Numbered from the stretch's first letter, positions 14,953 to 28,525 are shown. The stretch: DNA of 64,000 bases from Octopus vulgaris (GCA_951406725.2 OX597822.1:107508001-107572000); one strand, 5' to 3'. Notes: generated from the sequence alone by a model not told the origin. Program-made: numbers and translations.

Positions 14953-15597
14953 GTATAGACAAATATAGGTACACACACACAAATATACATACACACGCAC
15001 GCATATATATTTACATGTATCAGAATGGAAGTGGATATATACGGTATTCAAATGGGTGCGAAAGATGAGACCTAATGATAAGAAATGTAACGGAATTTCT
15101 GGAATTTTCCTCGTCGTGTCTCATGACTTTATTAAGTCCCTTAATTCGTTAAGTCTCTTTGAACTTAATTATTTCTAATGTTTTCTTTGTACTTCAAACC
15201 TCACAGCATTCACACATGTTCGCAACCAAATCTACACATATCAATACACTCACATGCTTTCCAGAACTCACTCACGGACGAATTTTCAGTTTTCAATTTA
15301 ACAAAAGTTATTGAAATTAAATTACATTGGCTGAAAAATGTGTGGGCTTTTGAGAAAAATACTTACTGGTGAAGTATTGTAATATATCAGTATATAAGTA
15401 TATTCAATTAGAAACATCTGAGAGATATATAATAAACACAGAAAGATGACTATATTGCGACAGTACACTTACGAAAGTCGTCTGAAAAGCTCAGAGGATG
15501 ATCAAGATACTCTTATGAAATGTAACCACGTGAGGTTGATTTTCAACATAATCTCCGTTGCGGTCCACACACCTATTCCATTGGTTTTGCAGTGCTC

Positions 15598-15747
15598 AAA
15601 GGCGGCGAGCTGGCAGAAACGTTAGCACGCCGGGCGAAATACTTAGCGGTATTTCGTCTGTTGTTACATTCTGAGTTCAAATTCCGCCGTGGTCGACTTT
15701 CCCTTTCATCCTTTCGGGGTCGATTAAATAAGTACCAGTTACGCACT
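15598..15747 (+). mobile_element. SINE family C, 3'-truncated
   Basis: Same head and central domain as the 46658 copy. Confidence 0.85.
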
Positions 15748-15767
15748 TCATCGACTACTCCAGTATA

Positions 15768-15810
<43 letters not shown>

Positions 15811-15814
<4 letters not shown>

Positions 15815-15996
15815 TTAGCCACTACACATTTTTTTTCTCTTCTTTTTTCTCTCCTTGTTTTTTCTGTATCTCTTTCTGTAGAAGAGCGTAGGCTCGAAAA
15901 GTAAAATACTTTTCTATTCCTGAGCGTTATACTAATACACCACCTGTCTTTGTACACCACCTGTCTTCGTCTTTTGTTTTTTTCGTAAACTCTCCC
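15811..15996 (+). mobile_element. Short ORF-less element in a (TA)n tract carrying a degenerate minimal hammerhead-like motif (Penelope pLTR-like)
   Basis: Flanked on both sides by (TA)n; motif TCTTT-CTGTAGA-A-GAGC GTAG GCTC-GAAA-AGTA-AAAT at 15871-15908. Confidence 0.45.
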
Positions 15997-16008
15997 TATA
16001 TATACACG

Positions 16009-16085
<77 letters not shown>

Positions 16086-16292
16086 TTTTACTTGTTTCAG
16101 ACATTTGATTGCGGCCATGCTGGATCACCAGCAAAGTAGACACTTCTAAAATCTGTATAGGAGATGCAAATAATAATAAAGTAATGTTTGTTGCCATTTC
16201 GATGTATCGCGAGCAGGCGACCGAATCTCTACCATCTAGCGATTTGACAGGACCAGTGGAACAGCCTTGATTCAGGGTAGTTTTCTATATAT

Positions 16293-16331
<39 letters not shown>

Positions 16332-16365
16332 GAGCGAACGACTGCCATTTCAAGCGGGCAGTTGT

Positions 16366-16413
16366 CCAGTACTGAGGAAGGGCAAATACCCTGAAACCAG
16401 GTTGGTCTACTGG
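16366..16413 (+). ncRNA. Type I hammerhead ribozyme, intact core
   Basis: Stem I CCAGTA/TACTGG; core CTGAGGA; stem II AGGG-CAAATA-CCCT; GAAA; stem III ACCA-GGT-TGGT; GUC cleavage triplet (C17 = 16407). Confidence 0.88.
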
Positions 16414-16593
16414 TCCTATCAAATCTTTACCGGTTACGGGTTCACTCCTCTGCTCGCAATATGTTGGATAAAGGTTTGTAGTTAACCACCCAGAAGAGGT
16501 GTTCTGGAGTTAAGAAAGAGTAGCAAGGTTGTTCCGTACGGAGAAGCCATATTGAAGTGGTAGCAAACATTACTATATACATACATACATACA

Positions 16594-16627
<34 letters not shown>

Positions 16628-16701
16628 CATACATATATATAAACATACATACGTAAATATATACATACATACATATATATATACATATATATATATGCAT
16701 C

Positions 16702-17062
16702 GTGGAGGCGCAATGGCCCAGTGGTTAGGGCAGCGGACTCGCGGTCGTAGGATTGCGGTTTCGATTCCCAGACCGGGCGTTGTGAGTGTTTATTCAGCGA
16801 AAACACCTTAAAGCTCCACGAGGCTCCGGCAGGGATGGTGGTGATCCCTGCTGTACTCTTTCACCACAACTTTCTCTCACTCTTACTTCCTGTTTCTCTC
16901 ATTGTCACTCTCTGTGTCACGCTGAATATCCCCGAGAACTACGTTAAGGGTACACGTGTCTGTGGAGTGCTCTGCCACTTACACGTTAATTTCACGAGCA
17001 GGCTGTTCCGTTGATTCGGATCAACCGGAACCCTCATCGTCGTAACCGACGGAGTGCTTCCT
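16702..17062 (+). mobile_element. SINE family B, tail type 2
   Basis: Head and body as in the 10435 copy; 3' tail matches the 27696 copy. Confidence 0.9.
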
Positions 17063-17094
17063 TCCATCCATCCATCATATATATGCATATATGA

Positions 17095-17379
17095 TAGGAT
17101 TCTTTCAGTTTCCTACGATCAAATTCTTTCACAGGGCTATGGTCAGTCCGAGAATACAATACAGGACACCTTACCAAGGTGTCATGCAGTGGGATTGAAC
17201 GTTGAACCATGAGTGTATGTATGTATATATTTATGTATGTATGTATATATGTATGTATATACATGTATATGAATATTTATATATATATATGCATGCATAT
17301 ATATATGTATATATATATGTAAATATATATACATACACATGTATATACATATATGTATATATATATATATACACATATG

Positions 17380-17415
<36 letters not shown>

Positions 17416-17582
17416 CATATATACATATATATATACATATATATATATACATATATATATACATATATATATATATATACATATATACATATATATATAT
17501 ATATACATATATATATACATGTGTATATATATATATGTATATATATATATACACATATGTATGTATACAAACACACACATAT

Positions 17583-17640
<58 letters not shown>

Positions 17641-17850
17641 CTTGTGTGTGCATCTGTGTTCGTATTTGTCCACCACCACTACTTGACATCTGGTGTTAAT
17701 TCGTTCATATCTCTATAAATTAGCATTTCAGTTAAGGAGCTCGGTAGAATAAGTACCAGACTGGAAAAATATGTTTTGGGTCGATTTATTCTACTAAACA
17801 CTTCAAGGCGGCTCAGCAGCACCGCTGCTGTTTGACGGAGTCAAGTAAAA
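17095..17850. mobile_element. Diverged SINE family A pieces in opposite orientations around a long TA/CA tract
   Basis: 17095-17211 matches the head on the minus strand; 17640-17850 matches the tail on the plus strand. Confidence 0.55.
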
Positions 17851-20765
17851 GGTAAAAGAATTAAAAGAGATGTGATAATCAGGTGTTCTTTTCGAGGCGG
17901 GAGATTTATCTTTCATAACAATTATGTTCGGAAACTGGAGTTGACTACCGGCGTTATTGTGTCTATAATTTAAGAAATAGCTGAATTTTTTTAATGCTCG
18001 AAGCATGTTGATGTTACATTGCAATTCACGCGTCAGCCAGAAGTCCTCTCTGGTCACCTGAGGTGTTAGAAACAGGAAGCAAATCTTCTTTAAATAGTTG
18101 TTGTAAGTGACGATATGGAAAACTATGATTTATAAAGTGGTGTTAAATGCACGTTACTTGGAATAAAGACACTAGCCACAAATGGAGACATTTTTATCAT
18201 AGAGTTCTGCAATGAGATTTTGAAAGTGTAAAAATAACTTCTTCGGTATTTAGAGAAGCAATCTTTTTGAATGTAGAGACATATAAACTATGAAGTAGCT
18301 GCAGATTTGACAGTGTCGTCCGGAAGAACACGCTTTATCCACGTGATTCCGGTGTCGCGAACAATGGCGACACTGTAGGAAAGTGGTTTTCCTGCCACAG
18401 ACTTTTGTTACGAATGCTTCATGTGTGGAATTTTCTAGATAGAATACGTACATGCGGAAGTGCGAATATACATAAATACGCGTGTTTGTGTGCGTGTGTT
18501 TAAGGCGACGAGCTGGCAGAAAGTTTAGCACGCTGAGCAAAATACTTAGCGACATTTCGAACGTTCTTAGCTCAAGTTATGGCAAACTTGACTTTGTCAT
18601 TCTTTCGGCGTTGGTGTAATCAACATGTCCCCCACCCCACGAAATAACTGGCATTGTGCCAAAATTTGAAAACGATATGTGTGTGTCAGTGGTTGTTTTT
18701 TTATTTAGCTTTTCTTAATCTAAAGCTGTTCGGGAAATAGAAATCGTAAAAGACAATTTCCTGACCGAAATGATTACCAGCGGAAGGCAGTCATGAGTTA
18801 ATTGACGAAAACCTCAAAGTGAAGTGCCCCAGCATTACCGCAGTCCAGTGATATTAAAAGAACAAGGGGGTAAATTAAATGATGTCACAAATTTATGATT
18901 GGCCAATATAAACTTCTACGGAATACAGGCATGTATTTGATGAGATGGTTCCCGCAAACAACGATGACAGTCTTGCAGTCTTACTTCTCAAGAAAGGCAG
19001 CTCTTAGAATCAATACTCGGCCCTATTGAGGTAAAAGAAAACTGAAAACTCGCGTTCAAGTCTTAAGATGCTTCATGTATAACATTGCGCACGGGAAGTG
19101 AGGGCATAAAATAACTGAAATGGCGATATACGGGAAGAGAAATTATATTGTAGACCATGTGTATCAATGTGAGAACTAGAAATTCGATTTCGCATAAAAC
19201 CATTATTTATAAATATTGTAACGAAAATAATTATTTCTTTTCTTCTGAGACAACAGACGTGAGCAACATACGAAATCAGACATGCACACTTACTTACGTA
19301 AAGACACGTTCAAATGGTTGGCAACTAGCATTAATTACTTCTGATTTGGGAACAAGAATAACAATTTTGATGCTAGGTGCTTACTCCATACTTATTTTAT
19401 CGACTGCGAATGTATAGAAGATAAAATGGGACCGCGTCGGTATTTGAACTCAGGACGTGAAGAGAAATACACCAACGTATTTTCCCTTGGGAATTCGTAT
19501 TCTTAGACAGTTATATGAAAATATATATATGGAAGTTTTTAAAGTGTGAATATGTTCTAAAAAATATATATATATATAACTAAAATAAAAAAGTATGGCG
19601 CTTTACACAATAGAATACTAGAATAACATTCAAGAAAGAAAATGATCAAATGTGTCATTGGCAAATATCTATGAGGAAACACATGCTTATACATCCTCTG
19701 AATATTCTATAATGTTACACATTGCTTCCTTAAATTCCCTAACGCAAGTAGCGTCATCAATTTCTAGTAAAGAAAAAAAAAAACGAAAAATATTAAGTAA
19801 TACGTCTTAAATACATCACTATTGAATAATAAGGAAAGTAAAAGATGCAGACCTTCAGGTTGAACCATATCACAGATCTTTCAAATTGAATTATCTGTTG
19901 TTAAGAATACGGTTTTACAAATTTTGGAAATTTAGAATTGCAAAACACATCAGTAAGAAATATAAGATTACATCAGTATTGAGCATCTAAAAGTTTTATC
20001 TGAGTTAAGTAATTTACAGCCTAACTTAACAAAGTTCATCTATATTGCCATCAGCTATTTAGACGTGAAACACCTCGTAGCAGAAATTGTTATCGATGAT
20101 TCGTTTCTGTAACAATGATAATTACTTTAAAGTGTCCTTCATGAAGTTTCTCGTAGTGCGCGCGATAATTAAGTCTTCAAGAGGGATTCGTTTTGACTAA
20201 TGTGCAAAAAGTAAATTAATATGTAGGTCTAAACTGTGAGTAGGTAGGTGCGAGAACAATTTCACTTCTTGTGCTTGGCATTTAGTAAGAGATTCTCAAG
20301 TTCAGAATAGATGAAAATTAAATCACATTGGTAGAGGATAACTTTCAAATAATATTTGACATATATGGATGCAAATCGTTAATAAATGTGTCGGTTTGCC
20401 ACTCAAATTCTCCTGTTTATAAGCACTCTTGAGGTAACGTAATCTCAGAGTTAAGTTATAAGTATCTTGATAAAAAATTTGGCACTGTTGTGGGCCTTGA
20501 ATAAATCACGTCAGCAAAATCTAAACAAATCTATTTAAACTTTCCAAACTGTAATGGAATCGATGAGCGTTCTATTCAAATATTGTAAAAAATTTTAACG
20601 AAATAAAATTGTATATATTGTTGCCATTACTTATCTCCACGATGCACTTAGAAAATGTTTGAGCAGAGAACCGTGTCTTTCACTTACCTGCATATATACA
20701 CACGGATATATATACATACACACATACCCAATGAGACAAATATATATATATATATTTTTAAACAT

Positions 20766-20832
<67 letters not shown>

Positions 20833-23163
20833 TATATATATGCATGTATACATATAGACTTACTAATATATGTATAAAGTTAACAGCTCGTGTAGGATTC
20901 GTATCATGTAGGCGTTATTGCAATGTCTTCCCGTCTTCTGCATTAGATGTGCATGTACATGCATGTGTGCACATGTTTTTGTTTCAGCGTATGTATGTTG
21001 CGCACATATAGGTCTGTGTAAATATGTATGTTGCGCGCACACACACACGTATGCAAATGGTAATGGATGCGATTGGTGCGCAATAAAATTACCCTCTTCG
21101 TTGCGCTTCTTTATATTACACCCGTTAAATCCCCTCTGTTGCCTGATCATAATAATATCAGGTGATATTGCCTTGAAATGCCCTATTCGTCTGATTACTA
21201 GCTTCATTTCCTTATATTTACTCCATTTTCCAAGCGTTTTCCAAGATGTGGTTTTGGCAGTAGGGGCTCCTGCATCCATCAAATGACAGGTCTTTTCAAT
21301 ATGATTTCTCTAATCAGATACCCTGAACTCCCCGTTCAGTCTGAACACAGAAAATCCAAAGTATCTTAATTTCTGTATTCTGCACCACTTGTGGTTTGAA
21401 GCTTCCACATTTATTTGTACGGTATATTGACAAGTATATGTATATATATATGTGTACTAAACTGCTCTGTCCTTTCTTTGTAAGTAACCTGGCCCTATCT
21501 GTTGGCCGCATCCAAAAACTATATTGTCTCAGGATGTTCTCCGTTGCTTCATGTTTTAGAACATCACACGAGTAATTTTTCTGGTTTAGAGACAATGGCA
21601 CGCTAATCCCTGATGTGTATCGGTTTGATCTTAATATGGGTCCCTGGTTTGAGACAAGGGCATCATAGACTCTAATGGATAACATTCTGATCTGTTCTGC
21701 GTCCTGGTTCTATTCAGGTGTTTACCATGTAGTGGGGTTTGCTCTAATTTAATTTCTCCCTGTATACTGGATGCTGCTGTATTGGATCTTTGCTTTATTT
21801 CTTTTACTTTGCAGTTATGCACATATTTTCTGTTCCTGTTTCATCTAGTAGTTTTTCTGAAGATATATCATTAGCATTTTTTATTCTGTAACTGAGGGCA
21901 TGTTTCGGTACCATAATGCTTCAGAACCAGGTATAACATCCTGTCGTTTGCTTGTTGCATGTAGGCAACATATCAGATCATGATATTATTAACTTTTTAC
22001 GGTCGCTCTCCCACAGTGTAAAAGGTGTTTCACTAAACAAAAACGTGGAACCGAAAACATACCTTGATGAATTCTTTCAGTTAAAAGCTACTGTGCAGTT
22101 GTTGTCTAACAAATTTTATTCTCAAATATTTATCAACACGAACGTATGTTAGAACCCTTTTTCTAAGCTACTACGCTGCCACGAAGCAATGTCGCTGGCT
22201 AGAAACCCTAATCACATGCATAACAAATGATCGTCTTAATGACACAACACAACATAACATTCAATCCTGAAAGTTGGAACATTGAGTATCGGAGCAAAAA
22301 CTCTAACATGCTTCCTTTATCTTTCTATATTCTCTAACCATATCTAACAAAGTGCCACCTTCGATTCGAACCGAATTTCTGTGACTATTTGATATAATAC
22401 TTAAAATGCATTATCTCATGCCATATCATAATATACTCAGTATATATATATCTTACATTGCGTAGAAAACGAAGAATTTCCGGACGATATTTCTGTCAAA
22501 ATAAATACTATCATTAACCTTCACGATTTACCGCTTGCTTAAGTTAATACTTAGATACTAATTATTTTTGAGAATTAAATTTTAGAACAAACCGCAGTTC
22601 ATATAATCTCTTTCAGCTCCCATTAATTGCCTCTTTATTATAAAATAGAAATTTTGATGCAGCAATTTTCCTCCCCGAAGACAACAATAGTCAACCTCTA
22701 TATTGTTAACAGTATATAAATGGTTTAAATTGGTCGGCCACTTTGGCGTCGAAAATACAACTTCGCGAACTCGTAGGATTTATAATTAAACGAATCAAAC
22801 TTTTCTCTGTGGCGAAAATATTTAATATACTGATATACATACGCGCACGCGCACACCTACACTCACATACACGCACACATACGTATATACATACATACAA
22901 ACACACATACATACATATATATACATATACATATATATATACATATACATACACACATACACGCACATGTGTATATATACTCATACAAATACGTGCATGT
23001 GTGTGCGTGGTTGTATGTGTTCATTTATGTGTGCGTTCACACATACAGGCATGTGAATATTCATGATATATATGTATATATACAAATATATATATATATA
23101 CAAATATATATATATATACATATATATACATATATATACATATATATATACATATATATACAT

Positions 23164-23196
<33 letters not shown>

Positions 23197-23245
23197 CATA
23201 CATATATATATATATATGCATACATATACATACATACACACACAT

Positions 23246-23276
<31 letters not shown>

Positions 23277-24226
23277 CATATACATACGTACGTACGTAAT
23301 CGACCATGCTACAAACTATCTCTAGTTCACTAATGGAAAAACGCTCAATAATCATCATCATTGTTGTACCTGGCCCTCTTTCAACCCTATAATTCTATCC
23401 GGCTAATGGGTATTAAAAGAATAGCGGTAGATATTGATGGGCAATAATTTTGTTTAATTCACCTTTTATATTGAGTCATTTCTTTGTGAATAACTTTACT
23501 GCCTTCAATTACAGCACCGTTCTTCTTCTAGCAACTAATAAACCCAGACGAAATAATAGCAAGCTAGAGTATCTCGTTATTTCAATAGATTTGCCGGGCA
23601 TCTTTTGATATAAAAGAGTTATTTAGTGTTATCTAGTGCTTTTATTAAACACTCATGCAAACAAATCAAACGAAACATAGTCCAAACTCTTGAAAGGAAT
23701 TTATCTATAATACCATTCTTCCTATTGATTTGTCGCCATTTTTAAAGATTTTAAAGTCACTTTAGATGCAGAACAATATTTGTTATAAACATTATAATTA
23801 TTAGTCTCCTGTTTCGAGAATAAATATTTCAATAGATTCACCATTTCAAGAGAGGCGCTTCTCAGATGTGTTTAAATATATTTTGTTCGTGTTTTATTTT
23901 TCATTATTTTTCTGTATTAGATTTAGATTCAATTTTAAGATAATGGGTGCGACGTGTCTTTGCATATGCTCATGTTGGAGGTATGTGGAAAACATTACCC
24001 TCCGTCACATTATATATTTCTGTATATTTTACATTTTAGCTCTGCACCTTATCTTATAAGCATTCGAAACGGGTGTGTATACACACCATTTGGCAACAAA
24101 CGGGATATATTTTCCGTGACAAAACGAAGTATCTTGTTCACCGGTTCGAACACGCCTAGAGGATATTTAGACTTATAATAGCACTATCATTCTAAACATA
24201 TCCCGGCAACACACACACACGCGTAC

Positions 24227-24260
<34 letters not shown>

Positions 24261-24656
24261 CAGGATGGTTTCGCAGGCTCTACATTTTACTGACAGATTT
24301 TCTCCATATATATTTTTTATCAAGTTCGTTTCTATCGCTTGATCTTGGGCTGCAACTATCAGGCTCGCTGTTTCTTCTTTTAAATGCCATTCTTTTAACC
24401 AAGCCCAAGATTTTTTTCCACATACATCTTCAGCGGCTCTCCAAATTTGACCACGTATAAGTTTCTCTTAAATTAGGCCGACGTACTCTCTTTAAATTTA
24501 ATTCTTGTCTTTTTCTCCTATTAACCTGTTGATCCCCTCTACTAGGCTTTTTCTTTCATTCTGTAGAGATTCTTATACTGGTATTAAGCCTCTTTCATCC
24601 AGGTCTCTGCTCACGTACAGGTGGCTGACATTAGCTTTCGGATGGTGGGCTCCGTA

Positions 24657-25058
24657 TCTCTTTTACATGTTTCAGTCATTTGACTGCGGTCATGCTGGAG
24701 CACAACCTTTAGTCGAGCAAATCGACCCCGGGACTTATTCTTTGTAAGCCCAGTACTTATTCTATCGGTCTCTTTTGCCGAACCGCTAAGTGACGGGGAC
24801 GTAAACACACCAGCATCGGTTGTCAAGCAATGCTAGGGGGACAAACACAGACACACAAACACACACATACATATACATATATATACATATATATACGACA
24901 TGCTTCTTTCAGTTTCCGTCTACCAAATCCACTCACAAGGCATTGGTCGGCCCAGGGCTATAGCAGAAGACACTTGCCCAAGATGCCACGCAGTGGGACT
25001 GAACCCGGAACCATGTGGTTGGTTAGCAAGCTACTTACCACACAGCCACTCCTGCGCC
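24657..25058 (-). mobile_element. SINE family A
   Basis: Full length and highly similar to the other family A copies. Confidence 0.92.
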
Positions 25059-25791
25059 TTATATTGTCAATAACTTTCTATTTTTTCTGTCAAGTTTGTT
25101 TATATCGTTTTGGTTCAGTCGACACACCCAGTTCCATATCTGATTAATGATTAATGCTACTGCTCTTGAATTTTTTGCTTCAATAATATTTTTTTGAATT
25201 CAGCCTTAACTGCAATCATTTTTTCACTCTCCTTGTATACTCCCTATTAGTAATTTGTTTCATTTCTTCATTTTTTTAATTTCGTCTGCTTCCAGTATTC
25301 TCAAGTACTTATACCACTACCCTTTCTAAACCGCTCTCATTGTTTGTCCCTTCGGCATTTCAATTCCCTGGCTTATTTCAAAACTTGCTCCTTTCATTTT
25401 CAACTTAGCGCACTTTTCTATCCCAAATCCCATACCTACATCATTCCAGAAAATCTGAATAGTATGTACAAGATTTACAAGCTGTTTCTCATTTTTCGAA
25501 TACACCTTTATTTCAACCATGAAAAGATAATTTACCTGACCATTTTCTTTTCCCAAATCTTAAGCTATTTTAGCTTTTCGTAGTATCATAGTGAACACCG
25601 TCGTGGCCAATATGAATACTTATGGAGATAAGCTCTCAACTTGTAATATTCCACGTCTGATGTTCACTTTTTCGAATTTATATTTTCTTCCGATCAATTC
25701 GGTATTCTAAAGTCTCATACTTTCATTAAGCATTTTCTCCATGCATTTTGCTATTCCACACATGCTCATTGTTTTACTTAACCAACAGTGT

Positions 25792-26220
25792 GGTACAGGA
25801 GTGGCTGTGTGGTAAGTAGCTTGCTAACCAGCCACATGGTTCTGGGTTCAATCCCACTGCGTGGCATCTTGGGCAAGTGTCTTCTGCTATAGCCCCGGGC
25901 AGACCAATGCCTTGTGAGTCGATTTGGTAGACGGAAACTGAAAGAAGCCTGTCGTATATATGTATATATGTATATATATATGCATGTGTGTGTATGTGTT
26001 TGTGTGTCTGTGTTTGTCCCCCTAGCATTGCTTGACAACCGATGCTGGTGTGTGTTTACGTCCCCGTCACTTAGCGGTTCGGCAAAAGAGACCGATAGAA
26101 TAAGTACTGGGCTTACAAAGAATAAGTCCCGGGGTCGATTTGCTCGACTAAAGGCGGTGCTCCAGCATGCCCGCAGTCAAATGACTGAAACAAGTAAAAG
26201 AGTAAAAGAGAGAGAGAGTA
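25792..26220 (+). mobile_element. SINE family A
   Basis: Full length with AAAAGAGT/GA tail. Confidence 0.92.
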
Positions 26221-27695
26221 ACATGCCATATATTTTATTGTAATCTAGTCAGCCCCGTCAATCTATATCTACAATTTCGAATTAGTAATTATCATTTTAT
26301 CAACTAAAACGTGATCTGTTGTTACTCTATTTTGTTTCCTGAATCTTTTCCGTTCTTCTGGGAATAGATTGTTACTTTCCACATGGCTGTATGACTCTTT
26401 CCTCAAGACACCAGTCATAAGCTTCCACATCAGTGGTAAACAGATTACTGATCGAAGGTTTGATGTCAAGTTCCCTTCCAAGGGATCCTTAAGATATAGC
26501 GTTCGCCCACTCGTCATCCATGCAGGGACGTGACCATGCTGCAGACAACATTCAGTTGGGCAGCGATCATTTCAAGCAACTGTATGAAGTTCTTCAGCAA
26601 ATAGCCTTGTATTTTATCAGGGTCTTGTCCTTTCCAATTGGCTATTTTATTAACCTCTGCTTCACTGTACATATATTAATTCTGACGTCCTTTAATCATG
26701 GTACAGTTGCAAGTTATCTTTCCACCTGTGTTATCCACTTCGCGCTTTCTTTCTGTCACGCGTTCCTGTTCCACAGCCCGCCCTAAAATTCTTTACTTCC
26801 GTCCGCATCCGGAATCATTTCTTAAATATGAAACAGTATTGAGCTGGAAATAGGCATATGCAACGCTAATAGTGAATTGGCATATTATCAAAGACAGCAG
26901 AAAGAGGGTGGGATCACGTTAGTAAATCAGGGATTGAAAACAGGAAAGCATTCAATCACATGGCACTTATTACAATAAGGCAAATTCAAAAGTACAGACT
27001 TCTAACAGTACAAACAACAATAATATCATAGAGATTCATTGCTCCAACTATTATATGGCTGGGTCTGACTTCAATAACAATTTTCATAACGGCTGGAGAC
27101 ACAAGTATGTTACAGAAGAATTATAACTAATTCTTCTATATGGATGTTAATTTACAATTGGCAACACACAATTGAAACATTTTTGTACACATTACTCAAA
27201 GATTCAACTAGGATATCAGTTTCTGAGTTATACACACGCACACATATACACACGCACACACACGCATACACACACATACATACACACACACACGACACAC
27301 AGGCACACGCACATAGTGTTGTACCGCACCGTGAGGGTAAAATTAACAAAAAGGTACTTCATCTGGTGTGAGAGGTAAATATTATTTAATAAATATATTA
27401 TATGTTTTTATGTGCTTCTATTAGTTTCATGCGCTGAGAACATGCCAAACATTTTTTATAACACGTCTCGTATCCAAGTACAATAATCAAGCAATGTCCA
27501 CATGCCATAATGAGCTAAAAATAGGACGAGAGAAGAAGCGAGAAAAGGCGAGAAGGAAATATATATAAAAAAATTGGAATGTTGAAAAATGGTGAAACTA
27601 AAGTAATCGGAAAGAAGCTAAAAGAGAAAAGAGTTTTTTCCCCCTTTAGACCGTAAATTATATGGATGAAAAGATAATGACTTAGAGTTTATAGT

Positions 27696-28084
27696 GGACT
27701 GGAAGCACTCCGTCGGTTACGACGACGAGGGTTCCGGTTGATCCGAATCAACGGAACAGCCTGCTCGTGGAATTAACGTGTAAGTGGCTGAGCACTCCAC
27801 AGACACGTGTACCCTTAACGTAGTTCTCGGGGATATTCAGCATGACACAGAGATTGACAAGGCCGGTCCTTTGAAATACAGGTACAACAAAAACAGGAAG
27901 TAAGAGTGAGAGAAAGTTGTGGTGAAAGAGTACAGCAGGGATCACCACTATCCCCTGCCGGAGCCTCGTGGAGCTTTTAGGTGTTTTTCGCTCAATAAAC
28001 ACTCACAACGCCCGGTCTGGGAATCGAAACTGCGATCCTACGACCGCGAGTCCGGTGCCCTAACCACTGGGCCATTGCGCCTCC
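27696..28084 (-). mobile_element. SINE family B, tail type 2
   Basis: 13-bp TSD TAGAGTTTATAGT (27683-27695 and 28085-28097); tRNA-like head at the right end. Confidence 0.92.
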
Positions 28085-28189
28085 TAGAGTTTATAGTATA
28101 TATTTAATTCGGTGGATGAGGTAGTTACCAAATCTTCAACACAGACACACACACACACACACACAAATTACAGCATGCGGTAAACTAAT

Positions 28190-28525
28190 AAAGGTTTCAA
28201 AGTTTGCCACAAGGGTAGGAATTTTGGTGGAGTGTTTAACTGGCGCTTATTTTATCGACCCCGAAATGATGAAGACCACGGCGGAATTTGAACTCAGAAT
28301 GTAACGACGGGTAAAAAAGGATGAAAACTTCGCCAGAATTTGAACTCAGAATATCACGACGGGTAAAAAAGGATGAAGACCACGGCGGAATTTGAACTCA
28401 GAATGTAACGACGGGTTGAAAAAGGATGAAGACTTCGGCAGAATTTGAACTCAGAATATCACGACGGGTAAAATACCGCTAAACATTTCGTCCGGTGTGC
28501 TAAGGATTCTACTAGCTCGCTACCT
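28190..28525 (-). mobile_element. SINE family C copy with internal 4 x 52-bp tandem array
   Basis: Family C motifs on the minus strand; units start at 28268, 28320, 28372 and 28425. Confidence 0.8.

Larger units (their letters stand above)
24260..26820 (-). pseudogene. Decayed R4/Dong-type non-LTR retrotransposon RT region, interrupted by two SINEs
   Basis: Minus-strand peptides NLRSVICLPLMWKLMTG, VNYLFMVEIKVYSKNE..GMGFGIEKCAKLKMKG and HHPKANVSHLY match the 37574 element; multiple stops and frameshifts. Confidence 0.8.

Noticed and set aside
21150-21950. Possible decayed retroelement on the minus strand
   Set aside because: Composition is coding-like, but no diagnostic RT, integrase or endonuclease motif could be read.
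28268-28473. CRISPR-like regularly spaced repeats
   Set aside because: The units are contiguous tandem copies of a SINE segment with no unique spacers; eukaryotic context and no cas genes.
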